This document shows positions 36,547 through 49,618 of a stretch of DNA of 64,000 nucleotides, one piece after another. A program made the position numbers and the translations under genes. Source of the stretch: Marsupella aquatica (taxonomy: Eukaryota; Plantae; Marchantiophyta). The first letter of the stretch is position 1. Each line of letters opens with the position of its first letter. The notes beneath the pieces are model-generated. The model worked only from the letters and a program-made list of their open reading frames with translations. It made no database searches and was not told where the DNA came from. The DNA is taken from the NCBI GenBank assembly GCA_973895155.1, contig OZ316891.1, forward strand, positions 24,489,899 through 24,553,898, given 5' to 3'.

Positions 36547-38195
36547 ATGTTACTAGCGTCGGGCGCTGGTAATATCCTACTTGGCTTGACCCCTCTAAGA
36601 ATGATATTATTTTAAGAATTTTTATACAAAAATTGAGCTAAAATTGGTATAAAACATTTAAAAATGTTACTAGCGCCGAGAGCTAGTAATATTCAACTCA
36701 CCAAGACACTCCAAAATGACACTATTTTGAGTGTCTTTATGAGTAAAAATTAAGCAAAAAAGGATATAAAAATGAATTAACATTACTAGCGCCGGGAGCT
36801 AGTAATGTCACACCCACCTAGACCCTCCAAAATGACACTATTTTGAGTGTCTTTATGAGTAAAAATTAAGCAAAAAAGGATATAAAAATGAATTAACATT
36901 ACTAGCGCCGGGAGCTAGTAATGTCACACCCACCTAGACCCTCCAAAATGAGAGTATTTTGAGCATGTTACATAAAACAACAGGCAAAAAGGTAATAAAA
37001 ATGAAGGAATATTGCTAGCGCCAGGAGCTAGTAATATCACACCAGTTGGATCCTCCAAAATGACATTATTTTTAGTGTCTTTATGAGAAAAAAATAAGCA
37101 AAAAAGGCTATAAAAATGAATTAACATTACTAGCGCCGGGAGCTAGTAATATCACACCAGTTTGGATCCTCCAAAATGACACTATTTTTAGTGTATTTAT
37201 GAGAAAAAATTAAGCAAAAAAGGTTATAAAAATGAATTAACATTACTAGCGCCGGGAGCTAGTAATATCACACCAGTTTGGATCCTCCAAAATGACACTA
37301 TTTTGAGTGTCTTTATGAGAAAAAATTAAGCAACAAAGGCTATAAAAATAAATTAACATTACTAGCGCCGGGAGCTAGTAATGTCACACTCGCTTAGACC
37401 CTTTAAAATAACATCATATTGAGTATATTTATGAGAAAAAATTTAGAAAATTGGGCTATAAAAATGAATTAACATTACTAGCGCCGGGAGCTAGTAATGT
37501 CACACTCGCTTAGACCCTTTAAAATAACATCATATTGAGTATATTTATGAGAAAAAATTTAGAAAATTGGGCTATAAAAATGAATTAACATTACTAGCGC
37601 CGGGAGCTAGTAATGTCACACTCGCTTAGACCCTTTAAAATAACATCATATAATTGAGTATATTTATGACAATTTTTTTAGAAAATTGGGCTATAAAAAT
37701 GAATTAACATTACTAGCGCCGGGAGCTAGTAATGTCACACTCGCTTAGACCCTTTAAAATAACATCATATTGAGTATATTTGTGAGAAAAAATTTAGAAA
37801 ATTGGGCTATAAAAATGAATTAACATTACTAGCGCCGGGAGCTAGTAATGTCACACTCGCTTAGACCCTTTAAAATAACATCATATTGAGTATATTTATG
37901 AGAATTTTTTAAGAAAATTGGGCTATAAAAATGAATTAACATTACTAGCGCCGGGAACTAGTAATGTCACACTCGCTTAGACCCTTTAAAATAACATCAT
38001 ATTGAGTATATTTATGAGAACAAATTTAGAAAATTGGGCTATAAAAATAAATTAACATTACTAGCACCGGGAGCTAGTAATGTCACACTTGCTTGGACCC
38101 TCCATAATAGAACCATTTTGAGAAATTTTCAAGAGAAATTTTCCGCAAAAAATGTAGAAAACAAAGGAACATTACTAGCGCCAAAAGCTAGTAAT
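36547..38195. repeat. Tandem array of ~15 units of ~116 bp, each with a hairpin
   Basis: Core CATTACTAGC-GCCGGGA-GCTAGTAATG (10-bp stem, 7-nt loop) recurs every ~116 bp. The AT-rich intervening parts are homologous to each other. Confidence 0.95.
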
Positions 38196-39343
38196 GTGAC
38201 TTTGGCCCAAACCCTCTAGAAAAACATTTTTTTGAGTCTGTGACCTTTAATTATTTACTGATATACCACTTATTTCACTAGTAGTATTACCGTTTTATCT
38301 CTTGTGTTTGCTATTGTTGTTAAATACACCAAAGGATATTTTAGAAGGTCATGCAATTTTGCAAGTAATAAAGAAATATCTATGTAAATGAGACCTCACC
38401 AAAGAGGACTTTTTGTTGGCATTGAGTGCTACTATGGTAATATGAACAAAAATTACTATAGCCTAAAGGATATATTTTGATAAGCGACAGGCGCTGCTAT
38501 AAATTTTGGTCAAAAGCAATGGCTCTAATTATCAAATTTATTATAGTAGTTTGTGGTGCTACTATATTATATCATCATTTGTAATGTTTTAATGGCTATA
38601 TTATCACTAATATTATCCAATGTCACGGCTGCTGACCTTGTTACTAGCAAAAAAGAACATAGCATCCTCTAATGGTCTAAGGCGGTTCAATCAAAATTTA
38701 CAATATGTCAAACTCTTCATCATTGGTTAGAGCATTCAATGACCAGAGTGTACTGCATTTGATAGCAAGAGTATATCTTTTTGCTCACATCACTCTACGT
38801 GAGGATGTTAACCTTTGATCAATCAACACATTTACAATCTTCTAGGTAGTACTTTGGAAGATGCATGGAACCCTTGATATGATGTGCTCTTTTATCGATA
38901 GTTTGTCACTACTAGACGTCCAAATCAAAGTACGATTCAATATAATTCAAGTTAGTTTGAGCATGATAATTAGGGTGTCTAAAGGGGAATAAACTTTTAT
39001 GTTATAATCTTTATATAGTTTTGACGTCGTGCACGATAGTTTTGAGCCTTCATGTGTAAAAAATCTTTGGCGCTAGTAAAGATTTATGTCTATAATAATT
39101 GTATCTGTTACATATATTACAGCTGCTCAGTTCAAATTGTAGTGTAATTTTGGTCCCTAAAGTGGGAATTTTCTTTCGGCATTGCGCACAAAACTCCTGT
39201 TATCTTTGACCATTTTTACTGTTATGATAATTCCTGTTTACTGTTTCCTGTCACGGGGAAAAACCTCGGTAATAGCATATTAAAAACAGGAAAAAAATTC
39301 CTGTTTACCTGTTTCCTGTCTCCGTCGCTATACCCGGTGGTTC

Positions 39344-39723
39344 ACCCAAGAGTCACAAAGTAGCACTTCTGACCGGAATCCAATACGTTCAACTGTGGCC
39401 CACTATGGGAAGATAGAGGAGATTCTTATCGTAAATTATCATGCCATACAACCTTGGAAGAGGTGGTGTTCAAGTGCAAATGGTTTCGGATGAATCTTGT
39501 TGGTCATAATCGGACCTGTGAGGAAGATGCATGTGGGTTCACACGATTGAAGACCAGTGCAACTAGTGTCATTAGTTCCAATTGGAGAACCTCAGATCCA
39601 TTTGCATTTCCCCATCATTTGGAGCAATCTTTCTATCTTCCTTATCCGAATGACCCAGAGTGGTCCATTGTTATGCCTTACATCCCTCGCTCACGATCCA
39701 TTATTCAAGACAAGCCAATGTAG
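39344..39723 (+). pseudogene. TnpD: TnpD C-terminal part (DUF4216-like)
   Basis: HYGKIEEILIVNY..VFKCKWF..DACGFT..DPFAFP..QSFY..WSIV; continues the frame broken at 29062. Confidence 0.85.
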
Positions 39724-40454
39724 TTGTAGTAGAGGATTTGGACCCCTCATTACAATAGATGTGACCTAGGTAAAACCCCTATATGTTTTATCTTCATGGA
39801 TAGTATATACATTTTGTCATGTCATTTCACACGTGCCCAAAGATTCATTGGTTGGATATAATTTTGGATACAACTATATATAGTCCCTTGACACAATCCA
39901 AATTGCAATCCCTAAGTAATATATGCATTTGAGTCACGTCCATTTATTCTCGATACCATTTCCCATGCTTAAAACAACGGAAGTCCATCGGAAGACCTCC
40001 TTGTTCAAATCTTGACCTCGAACCACATATATCCGATTTAAACCCTTTTGGATTCCATTTCCGATACTTGTAGCATCAAAATTATTTGTGATAAACACTA
40101 CTTTGGAAAACATTTCCGATACCCAACCTATCGGAAGCACTAAGCAATACATTTTTCATCGCAATATTTCTGTTCTTTACTAAATCGTACATTGAATGCG
40201 ATACTTCAGGGATCGGAAACTTAGTAACAATTTTTAGAAGAGGGGTCCGATAGTCAAGACATCGGATATGTTCCTATATTAGGAGTATCGCAAATGATGT
40301 CCAATGTTTTGGGAATCGGACAAAGGGTTTCCGAAGCTGTGGGGATCGCAAGTTCCGATAGTTTTGTAAACGAAAGTTTGCGTAACTCCGGCCATCGGAC
40401 GCCTGTTTCATGTTTTAGCGGGAGCATCGGAAAATGAGCAAAAATGTACTAGTG

Positions 40455-41179
40455 TCTCCACAATCCCTTCTGTGATGCTCCTTGCTATCACACCACAAAC
40501 AATTCCAGTTTTTATTCAAGGTTGCTAGTGATGTTCCACCAGGGTTTTTGTTCTCCAAGGCTTGAATGGAAAGAGCAAGCTTTGCTATCATGTCTGTCAA
40601 TGATGCTATGTCACCCCCTTCTGTGATGTTGCCCTTGACTTCTTTTTCTCCTCCATCAGTAGTACTTTCTTCTTTGACTTTTCTCAAGTCTAGAATGGGA
40701 GCTTCCGCCTCTTGATCGACCTCCCTTCTCCTCCTTTGCTTCGTCACCTTGTGGATTGCAGCTTCTGCTTGTTCCCAAGTGACTTCATCTGCATCTGGAG
40801 CAATAACATCTAGAGCATTGTCCAACTCTACCCTCAAAGGTATGTCAGCTGCACGGATCAAAAGACTCCGGCCCTCTTCTGAGACTGATTATTGTTAGAT
40901 CCTTTGAAGATAGCTGATGGTAGCGCCTATTGAATTCCCTCAATAATTCTTGAGGTCCCAACTTCTTGTTTTTCTCTTGTACCCAACCAAGGAACGTGGC
41001 TGCAATAACTTGATCTGGATCTTCAAATTGAAACTCCTCTTTCACCCTCATTTCAAATGTTTTCCAATGCTCTTTGGCTCCTTCAGCAATCTTGGTGATG
41101 ATGTCTTTCAATTCTGATTCCACCAATGATGCAAATTCATGAATGACAACCTTCTCACTGATCTTGTGGATGGCTACCT
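40455..41179 (-). pseudogene. gag: Gypsy gag, middle fragment with CCHC knuckle
   Basis: VAIHKISEKVVIHEFASLV..WKTFEMRVKEEF..LLREF.. CLWCDSKEHHRRDC; frameshift near 40870. Confidence 0.8.
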
Positions 41180-42141
41180 GGCCAAAAGCAAGCTAGAGGG
41201 GGTATTATTTGATGTCACAAATGTCACATTTCAAATACCATAGAGGATGGTACTTGAAATGCACAAGGACCAAAAGGGACCATGGAAGGGCTCAAATGTA
41301 TTTGAATGGGTGGCCAAGATTGACAAGCATTACAGTGTAGCCCAAGAAGTAAAGGTGATGATTTCCTTGGTGTTGCCCTTCACTACCCATAGCCGACATT
41401 GTCACTTAAGGTACTAAGCTTAGTACTTTCTTGGAATTCAAATACCTCGTAACTCGTGTTGACCCTATGGTTTGAACTCTATGCAAGTTCCCAAGTCCAT
41501 TGTACATGGCGCGTTAGGTCGTGAGTCCTTCTACAAACATTGTTACGTGTCATATACTCGTGGACGCACTACACCTGTAAGTTTTTCTTAATCTTGAGTA
41601 AGTTTTCCTCAAGGGAAACAAGCTGCCCCGACATTGCGATGCAGAAATTTGGTGGTACTCACGGATGCACTATACTTGTAAGTTTTTCTTGCGATAAACA
41701 AGCCCAGACATTGCGTATGTTGCAGAAATTTAGTGGTACTCACAGACGCACAATTTTTCTTGCAAGAAACAAGCCCAGACATTGAGAGAAACAAGCGTGG
41801 ACATTGCATTGCAGAACTTTTGTGTTACCTCTCCTTTTTGTGTTCAACATTCACCTTCTTTTGCTCCTGTTTGGAGCTTCAATGTTGCGTTTTGCGTCAC
41901 ATTGCCATGCATTGTGGTCTAAGGGATATTAAGGACTGTAAACATCTGACCTCGTAGCGAATGTTCCTTACTCTGCGACAGGAAGCTGCGGCATTACTCT
42001 GCGGCATTACTCTGCGTTTAGACCTTCATTACTCTGTGGCATTACTTTGCGTTTAGGAGAACAAACATTGCAACTCAAGGGCGGTTGAAGTAGGGTGAAT
42101 CTCTACCCTCACACATGATCTCATGGTGTTAACCCAACATC

Positions 42142-45100
42142 ATGAGTAGTGTTTGGGATGAAGCAACAAAAGCCAAAAGAGACCGACAAAATTTTAAGAG
42201 AAGAGAGTGTAGGGCAGGGCAAGCAGTGAATGCAGTAAGAACACATGCCAAAGAAACTTTACAAGATGCTCAGGGGCAGGTAGAGAAGATGGTGATTCAG
42301 GAGGCTGCCATAGAGGCCGAGAAGTTGCTTGCTGAGGCTAGGCACAAGGCTGCAATAGAGGTAGAGCAGTTGATTGCTCAAGCTAGACACAAGGCTACCA
42401 TAGAGGCGGAGAAGCTGCTTGTTCAGGCTGGACGAGAGGCTGCAATAGAGGCAGAGAAGCTGCTTGCTAATGCAAGAGAGCAGGCTGACAACTTCAAGGA
42501 TGAAATTTGGCTACAATTGGCTGGGGAGTTTGCAACTTTGGAATACCAAATTCATGACTTGCAGAATCAAACTATTGATTTGGAGTCCAGGTTGAGATCA
42601 GCGGAGGAGTGCAGTGCAAATGATCAGTCTTTTGGATATGCAACAGGGGTGGCAACTCAAGAGGCTATGCGTGCATCAGCTAGAAGGAGACAACAGAAGT
42701 CTCGTTTGAGGAAGCGGTGTCTACTTGGTGAGGTAATCGAGAATTATGATGCCTCTGATATCCCAAACAGAAGTGTCCGTAGCCAGACCCAAGTTGTCAC
42801 TGGGATGGTAAAGCACTTTTCCGAATTAACGAGACGACATAATTTTGCTGCTAAGAAGATCATCATGGAGCGTTTCTGGACTCATAAGGGAATGGTTCAA
42901 TTGCACCCCACTTCACTAGGCTGCCCTAAAGCGGATCTGTCATGGAGTACAACTATCGATGATATAAAGAACACTTTGAAAACAGTCAAGTATGCAAGGC
43001 GTAAAGATCATAAAGCAGCCAAAGATATTCTACTATCTTCTTTTATAGGTCCCAAGATTGTGGATGCAAGATACCAATCTTCTCTTGCTCGAGCATTGTG
43101 TATCAAAAGAGCATCTGTGTATGCTGCTAGTAAGAAAATAATTCTGCTAGATGGTGATGCAACACTGCGTTTTCCAATGGGTCAGCGAAAGGAAAGGAGT
43201 GATCGCCTTTCTCTGGAGATTCAAGGTGATGTTGCGCGGTTCTGGGAGGCGCTTACCAGGCCTGATCCAAGCAAGAAGGATTTTGTACAAAAAAGGATTG
43301 CAAAGAATGAATATGTGGAGCACAGGACTCACCGCCTTGAGGATACTAAGGTAATTGCTAATTATGTAGTAGTGCATCTCATTTCTAATCGTGTAGTAAG
43401 TCTGCAAGTGTAGTAGTGCAAGTATGTAATCAATATTGGTTTATTTTGTGCACTACTCATTTTGTTCACTTATGTTGCACATGGTGACAGGCAGAGTACT
43501 TTTTCAAGTTCCAGGAATGGCTGAAGAAAGAACATAAAGCTTACACTATCGGTTTGCGATCTTTTCAAGCCCTCAAACCTTACTTCATACGTACAATGAA
43601 AGATAGGGATGTCTGCTGTTGTAAGCAACATGTTGAGATGCACCTACTTAGCAAAGCCTTTGCCAAGCAACAACAAGCTCAACATCCTGTGGGTTGCACA
43701 TGTCAATGTGTAGTTTGTTCCCCTATAATTGTTGCTGGAGTGAGTCATAGTATTGATGGTAGTGTTGTCGACGGTACTTGCAGTACCACTACTCATGTGA
43801 GTCTGAATAGTTATGATGAACCCTGCAAAGCTCACAAGTATACACAATGCTCTGTGAGAGAGTGGTGCGCACAGACTTTATGTAAGAAAGGAGAGGATGA
43901 TCTTTGGCACAAGAGGGACTGTTTACTAGGTAGTTGTGAGATCTGTGGGCCAGGGTTGTTAGAGTTGTGTCCGTGGGAGGAAAGAGTGGATGAAGAGGAT
44001 GAGTTTGTGGTGTGGCAAACATATGAGTATGTTAACCTGGATGATTTACCAAAGCCAAAGAGTGCCAAAAAGAAGAAAGTCCAGAATCGTGATGATGCAA
44101 AGATTTCCAAGGTTAGAAAGAGGCTTAGATTAGTAACTAAAGTCACCTCAATGGTGGTGTTTATGGAAAGTAACAGCTACTATAGAAACGTTTATAAAAC
44201 ATGACTTCTATGCTAGATGGCAAGCTAAGCAGTACCAGAATTGTCTCAAGTCCTTTCCTAAAGGCACCATAGTGAGTTCGATTGACTTTGCAGAGAACTA
44301 CACGTTTGCAACACAAGATGAGGTACAATCCCTTCACTGGGATAATAGACAGGTCACTATTCTTGTTCTGATCACCTACCGGCACCAGTATGACAAGGAG
44401 GAGGAGGATCCTGTGGTGTACAACAAAATGGGCCAGAGGATCACCAGATTTATTGAGGCTGATTACCACTTCTTTATTTCAGATGACAATAGCCATGATA
44501 CCTTCTTTGTGCAGCACAACTTGGATTTCCATTGGAAGTGGATGAAAGAGAAAGAGATTTTTGTAGACAATCACATTATGTGGTCAGACGGGTGTGCAGC
44601 ACAGTTTAAAGCTTGCCGCCCTTTTTCCTATGTGGCAAAATACAATCATGACTACGGGGTCCCACTAATGTGGTGTTTCCATGCCTCGGGGCATGGGAAA
44701 GGTGTACAGGTAATTACTTGCCAGGCCCTTTTTTTCTTCATTGTCTATAGTATGTAATAGTGTTACATTTTTATGTGCTGATTTATGCGATAGGTTTGAA
44801 GTTTTTAGCGTGCAGGGTTTGATGCATTTTTGTTGTATGCTTGCTTCCACAGGATGGACTAGGAGGTGGGGTGAAGCAAGCTCTTCGAAAGGAGCAGTTG
44901 CGGAAAGAAGGAGGGCATCCAATGGAGGGTGCCAAGGATGTGGTCTTAGGGTTTAGGGTTTTAGGGTTTAGGGTTTAGGGTTTAAGGAACGGTTTTGCCT
45001 AGGAAAGCAAATGGAGTATGACAAGAAGCAGGGTGTGAGGTGTTTTTTCTGGGAGGTCAGTGTGCAAGAGGTGGAGCGGAGTTCAGGCCTAGAATGTTTG

Positions 45101-45729
45101 CCTATCAAAGGTGTGAGACAAAAGCATTGCTTTCTGGGATATAGCCCTGACAATCCCAGATGCTGAAATGTAGAGAATTGGCTTGCTTCTGCATCAACTG
45201 TGCACTTCATCCAGAAAGTCAAGAACTCTGTGAAAATCAGGCTCATGTTCTACCGTGGGAGGTAGATTATGTGTACCCCAAAAATGCTGGAGAGATTGCA
45301 TCCATTATTGAAGACATGGGTGGCGGGTTGGATAGTGAGACCTGTGATTACGAGGGCTACATTGGTGATCTAGTTGAAGTGGGTGACTATTTTGCTGTGA
45401 AGGCTGAAGAAGACAACATTTGGAAAGCATAATTTTACGTTCTTTTGTGTACAAAAAAGGCTCATGTTGTTGCAAATGATTTCATAGATGACTATTCTAC
45501 TGAATTTTATAAGGGGGATCGAGTTTTGGCGGGCACTTGGTTTCAGCAATATGGCAGGCATCCGACTTGCTTTGTTCGTAACGACAAATCTAGCATTAGC
45601 TATGCCGATGTGGCATCCGTGATTCACATAAAATTTGGACTTGTGCCAACAAAAATACTGAGGGGATCACCAGGGTTCAAGCTTGCCCCTAACACTTATC
45701 AAGCAATTTTGGATTCAGCCGACAGGTAA
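42142..45729 (+). pseudogene. Sola2-type DDD transposase, spliced, frameshifted
   Basis: Phase-0 exons 42142-43350, 43491-44709 and 44853-~45725. Motifs RSFQALKPYF..VCCCKQH, IDFAENY..QSLHW..QVT, ISDD..HD, WSDGCAAQFK, GHGKGVQ|DGLGGGVK, IKGVRQKH, RELACFCINC. Frameshifts ~44170 and ~45160, stop 45430. The superfamily call is from recalled motifs. Confidence 0.8.
44946..44987 (+). repeat. Interstitial plant telomere tract (TTTAGGG)n
   Basis: TTAGGGTTTAGGGTTTTAGGGTTTAGGGTTTAGGGTTTAAGG inside the transposase exon. Confidence 0.9.
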
Positions 45730-46199
45730 TTTTCTTTCACTGCCAATATTTATCTGTTTATTGAAGACACTAAAGACACTCATTGGAAGAGAATAGTTAC
45801 ATTGGGTAGATTGTTGGTTTTGCTGGTTTAATTCTAATTGCAACTTTATTGACTGCAGAGGAAATCCGAGTGTGGTTGAATTGAACCTGTACTCCTAAAG
45901 TTCTAGGTAAGCAAATTAAAAGCGCAAATGCTAATGTTTTATGAGGTGGTCGTCCTCACTTGATGTTGGTCCCTCAATCTCAAAACTCTGTGAAAAGGCA
46001 CTTTGTGACATTCTTGTACACTGATTCATGTCTTTGACCAATCTAGTTTATTGTGTGCAGGTGTTCAATTTGATGACTGCGCAATGCACATGGCCCATGA
46101 TTCTCAGTGGCAAGTAAACTTGCAACTCCTCCTTACCGAATACTAGTTCTTCTTTGTAATACCTATTGCTAATACTTGTAATATTTATTTGCTAATACT

Positions 46200-46625
46200 T
46201 AATGCCTTTTCTAGTACCTACTTGATAATAAATACTCATAGTACCTAGTACATAATACTTAGTCAAGTATTAAATACCTTAAGTACCAGTACTGGTTACG
46301 TATGTACCAAGTACTCAGTACCATAAGTATGCAGTACCAACTTAAGTACCTTAAGTACCAAATTATACTCAGTACTTTGAGTACATAGTACTCAATACAT
46401 AATACCAAGTACCTTAAGTACCTAGTACTCAGTACCTTAAGTACATAGTACCTTGAGTACATAGTACCAAGTACCTTAAGTACCCAGTACTCAGTACCCT
46501 GAGTATCAAGTACTTAGTACCTTGAGTACCTAGTACTTAATACCGAGCTCAATACGTTGCGTACCTGGTACTCAAGACCTGGCTTTAGTACTCAGTACTT
46601 GCAGTCTGACCCAATACTCAATACT
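46200..46625. repeat. Low-complexity AGTAC/GTACC/TACTC array
   Basis: Dense irregular repeats such as AAGTACCTTAAGTACC and AGTACTCAGTACC. Confidence 0.8.
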
Positions 46626-48096
46626 ATAGCCTAGGCTAATAGTTTTATACTGAGTGTTTGATGTAGTGGGTGTTGTGAGACTAGTAGCTATATTGCAAAA
46701 GCAAGCCACTGATACATTTTAACTGCTGGACCTGTCTCTTTTTTCATGCAGGTGATATAATGAGTCTCTCTTTGTTGCCTAGAGGCACGACAACCACTAC
46801 CCTTGTTTGGCTAGATATAGATATAACTTATCATAAATTTTAGTCATGTGAGTTATGGCTAGCGAATTAGCTAGTTGAGTAGTGGCCACAGGACCATTGT
46901 GTCTTCGTTCAGCAGCATTTTGTGATCATGCTTCCGTTTCAGAATTAGCTTGAAACGCAAATTGAACCTTGTTTATCAAATGTATAAAAGTTCTCATCAA
47001 ATGCCAATGGATGTCCATATTCTTCTCTGTTGCCTTCCTGGACCTCTGGTGCAACTTTAATTATCTCAATTCGGTGATCACCTTAGTCTGTTCCTCCTGT
47101 TCGGTGTAGTGCCTTAGTTCCCAGAACTTTGCAAAGGGAAGCAAATTTTAGCTCTCAACCTCCATCCAGATCTTATTTTACCCCCATGCATGTTATAGCA
47201 TACTGTTACTTTTCCTAAATTAAGCATTCGTCCATTCATGGACCCAGGTTATTCACAGTTCATGTTGTCTTTTGAGATCTGCCTTAGTTTGATTTCTTTA
47301 TTTCAATCATCAAAGGAGGAGCATGATTGTTTCACAGTACCAATATGTACACTCATTCAGTTTTTTCCTGAGTGTACATATTGAGATCACTATGAGCATC
47401 AATGGCATTTTCTATTCCAAGGCAAATGATTGCTATGAAGGGTTCACTTTCTAAGGTTTCTCACAATAACTAATTGCGCTAACATCTACATTATGATCCA
47501 AACAACAACCTGGATATAGGTCAAAAGCTTGGCATTGTTGAAGGCCAACATTTTGGACTATAAACAAAAATTAAACTCATTCATTGTTTCTTCATAAACA
47601 CGAGTCACAAACACTCGCTCAGTTTATTTACAATGCAAGTCCTGTTGCTTTCAATAGTAAATTATCCAATACCATGCGGATTACAAAATTGACTGTAACA
47701 AATCCATGTAATCCATTGAACTGTTTGGCCTGTAGAATTCAGTTCACTTTTCCGCGATTAAAAAAACTACTCTAGAAATTGTCAAGTAGGCAACTCTATT
47801 TCTCTATAGTTTCCAATACATCAAGATTTGTACAAAATGAGACATCTTGTAGTCACTCAATTTATTTATGCAAGCTAGACTTTAGCTTTGTACAGTAAAT
47901 CAAGTACTCACAGGACCGATACAAAATTGATTGATTGTAACTAATCCAAGCAGAGATAGAAAGAACCACACTAAACTGTTGGGGCCTGTAGAAAAATCTG
48001 GCCACAAAATCCGTATGCAAAAACACTACTGCAAAAATTGCAGCTCTATATATGTCTCTACAATTCCCAAAACATTCTCCTCAGATCACCTCATTC

Positions 48097-48720
48097 CTAA
48101 TCTAAACCTTGATGGTGAAGTGCGACTAAAATACCCTCCAATTGGTCCAAAAGGACAGATCCTCTTGGTACGAGGGATCGTTCCACATTGGTGGACCTTG
48201 GGTGGGATCTAGAAACTGTCACAGTGAGAGGCCGGGGGACCCAACTATGGGTAGGAACCCCAAGGAGAGACAAAATTTCCACTGATAGTACCCCATCTTT
48301 TGCAGCCAAGGCCACTGAGCACCTTCGACACTGCAAGGCAACAGCCCGGATGTAGTCCATCTGCTCCTGTTCGGTGCAAGCTCGTAGGTCTGAAGCTCCT
48401 AGCCCCAACCAGACTGAAGCGCTATCCCGAATCTCAGCACGAATGGGGGTTGCCTGCTTAAACACCGCATCAACAATCACAACTTCAAAACCATATGTAT
48501 CAACACCCTCCCCTGCATGGCCACACACCTGCCGGCCGAGCTCCTTTGATGTGCCACAAATGCCTCCATGTCCTAGCCGATGTGAGCATGCTTTATAAAT
48601 AAAGCGCCAAGGATGGGGGAAGGTTGAATGAAAGTTCACAATATGAACCACGACATCTCAAAATGAAGCAGACTGCCCTGCTTCCAGAACCTGCTCAACT
48701 TCTGTTACAGGAGTCCCCAT
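48097..48720 (-). pseudogene. RPA1 C-terminal (DBD-C)-like OB-fold with Zn ribbon
   Basis: ATG 48720 after a TTTTGCAG acceptor, one TGA (48658-48660). FIYKACS..ICG..VCGH..YGFEVVIVD..IRDSASVWLGLGASDL matches the Rep_fac-A_C pattern Y.AC..C..C..Y..i.D..A..lG..A..L. Confidence 0.65.
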
Positions 48721-48859
48721 TTTTCTGCGTCAACAAGATCCTGCAAAACTACAAGTCCAATACTCAAATCAATACTCGAGGATTCCCGATGGATATTCAA
48801 TGACAAAACCTTGCTTGCACTACCACAACATGACACACAATCCTCAAGGGATTACACTA

Positions 48860-49330
48860 CTACTCAAAGGTATTGAACTAATACTCGCAGGAATTTGAAG
48901 CAATACTCAAACGCGTTTACATAATACTCAAAGGTATTTACATAATACTCAAAGGTATTTACTTAATACTCAAAGGTATTTACATAATACTACAAGGTAT
49001 TTTCATAATACTACAGGGTATTTACACAATACTACACGGTATTGTGACAATACTACAAGGTATTATGATAACAATACACGGTATTGTGATAATACTCAAT
49101 GGTATTATGATAATACTCAATGGTATTATGATAATACTCAACGGTATTGAGATAAAACTCAACGATATTGAGATAATAGTACTTGAGGTATTATGAAAAT
49201 ACCAGGGGAAATTGACTAACACCTGAAACTCTTACAGTAATACCTTATTGTATTAGACTAATACCCGGAGGTACTAAACTAATACTTGGTATTAGAGTAA
49301 CAGTCACAGGTACCATGTAAATACTCTGTG
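48860..49330. repeat. Degenerate ~21-bp tandem repeat
   Basis: ATAATACTCAAAGGTATTTAC-type units. Confidence 0.85.
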
Positions 49331-49618
49331 ACATGAAAGCATAGCCAGAGAAATTACCTGAGTCTGGTAGTGCATGTAAAGTGAGTATTCAAATCTACAT
49401 AATATGCATGTATGAAGTGAGTGAACCCTAAACCAAATAAACCTGTGACAATACATAGAAATTGACTGGTACAAAGGATGAGCAATAGGAGAGTAAGAAA
49501 ATTTACCATCGATGCATTCACATTGGGTATCTAGACAGACATCTAGGGTTCATGAATGCTCATAGGCAAACGACAATGTCAACATAGTAGTCCTATTTAA
49601 ATTACCCAGCCTCACCTA

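Larger units (their letters stand above)
29063..39335. mobile_element. Non-autonomous DNA transposon (MULE- or hAT-like) inserted in TnpD
   Basis: 8-bp TSD GGTGGTTC (29055-29062 / 39336-39343). Imperfect G-initial TIRs and many AAACAGGA repeats at left, TCCTGTT at right. TnpD reads through when the element is removed (QDCGVMGWF|TQESQS). No transposase of its own. Confidence 0.85.
19776..40454. mobile_element. CACTA/EnSpm DNA transposon, full length with nested insertions
   Basis: 12-bp TIR CACTAGTACATT at 19776 and AATGTACTAGTG ending at 40454. 3-bp TSD TCT on both sides. ATCGGA/TCCGAT subterminal repeats at both ends. Transposase_21-type ORFs inside. Confidence 0.95.

Noticed and set aside
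36547-38195. CRISPR-like array (palindromic repeat with regular spacing)
   Set aside because: The intervening sequences are homologous to one another and ~90 bp, there are no cas genes, and the context is a eukaryotic TE. It is a satellite.
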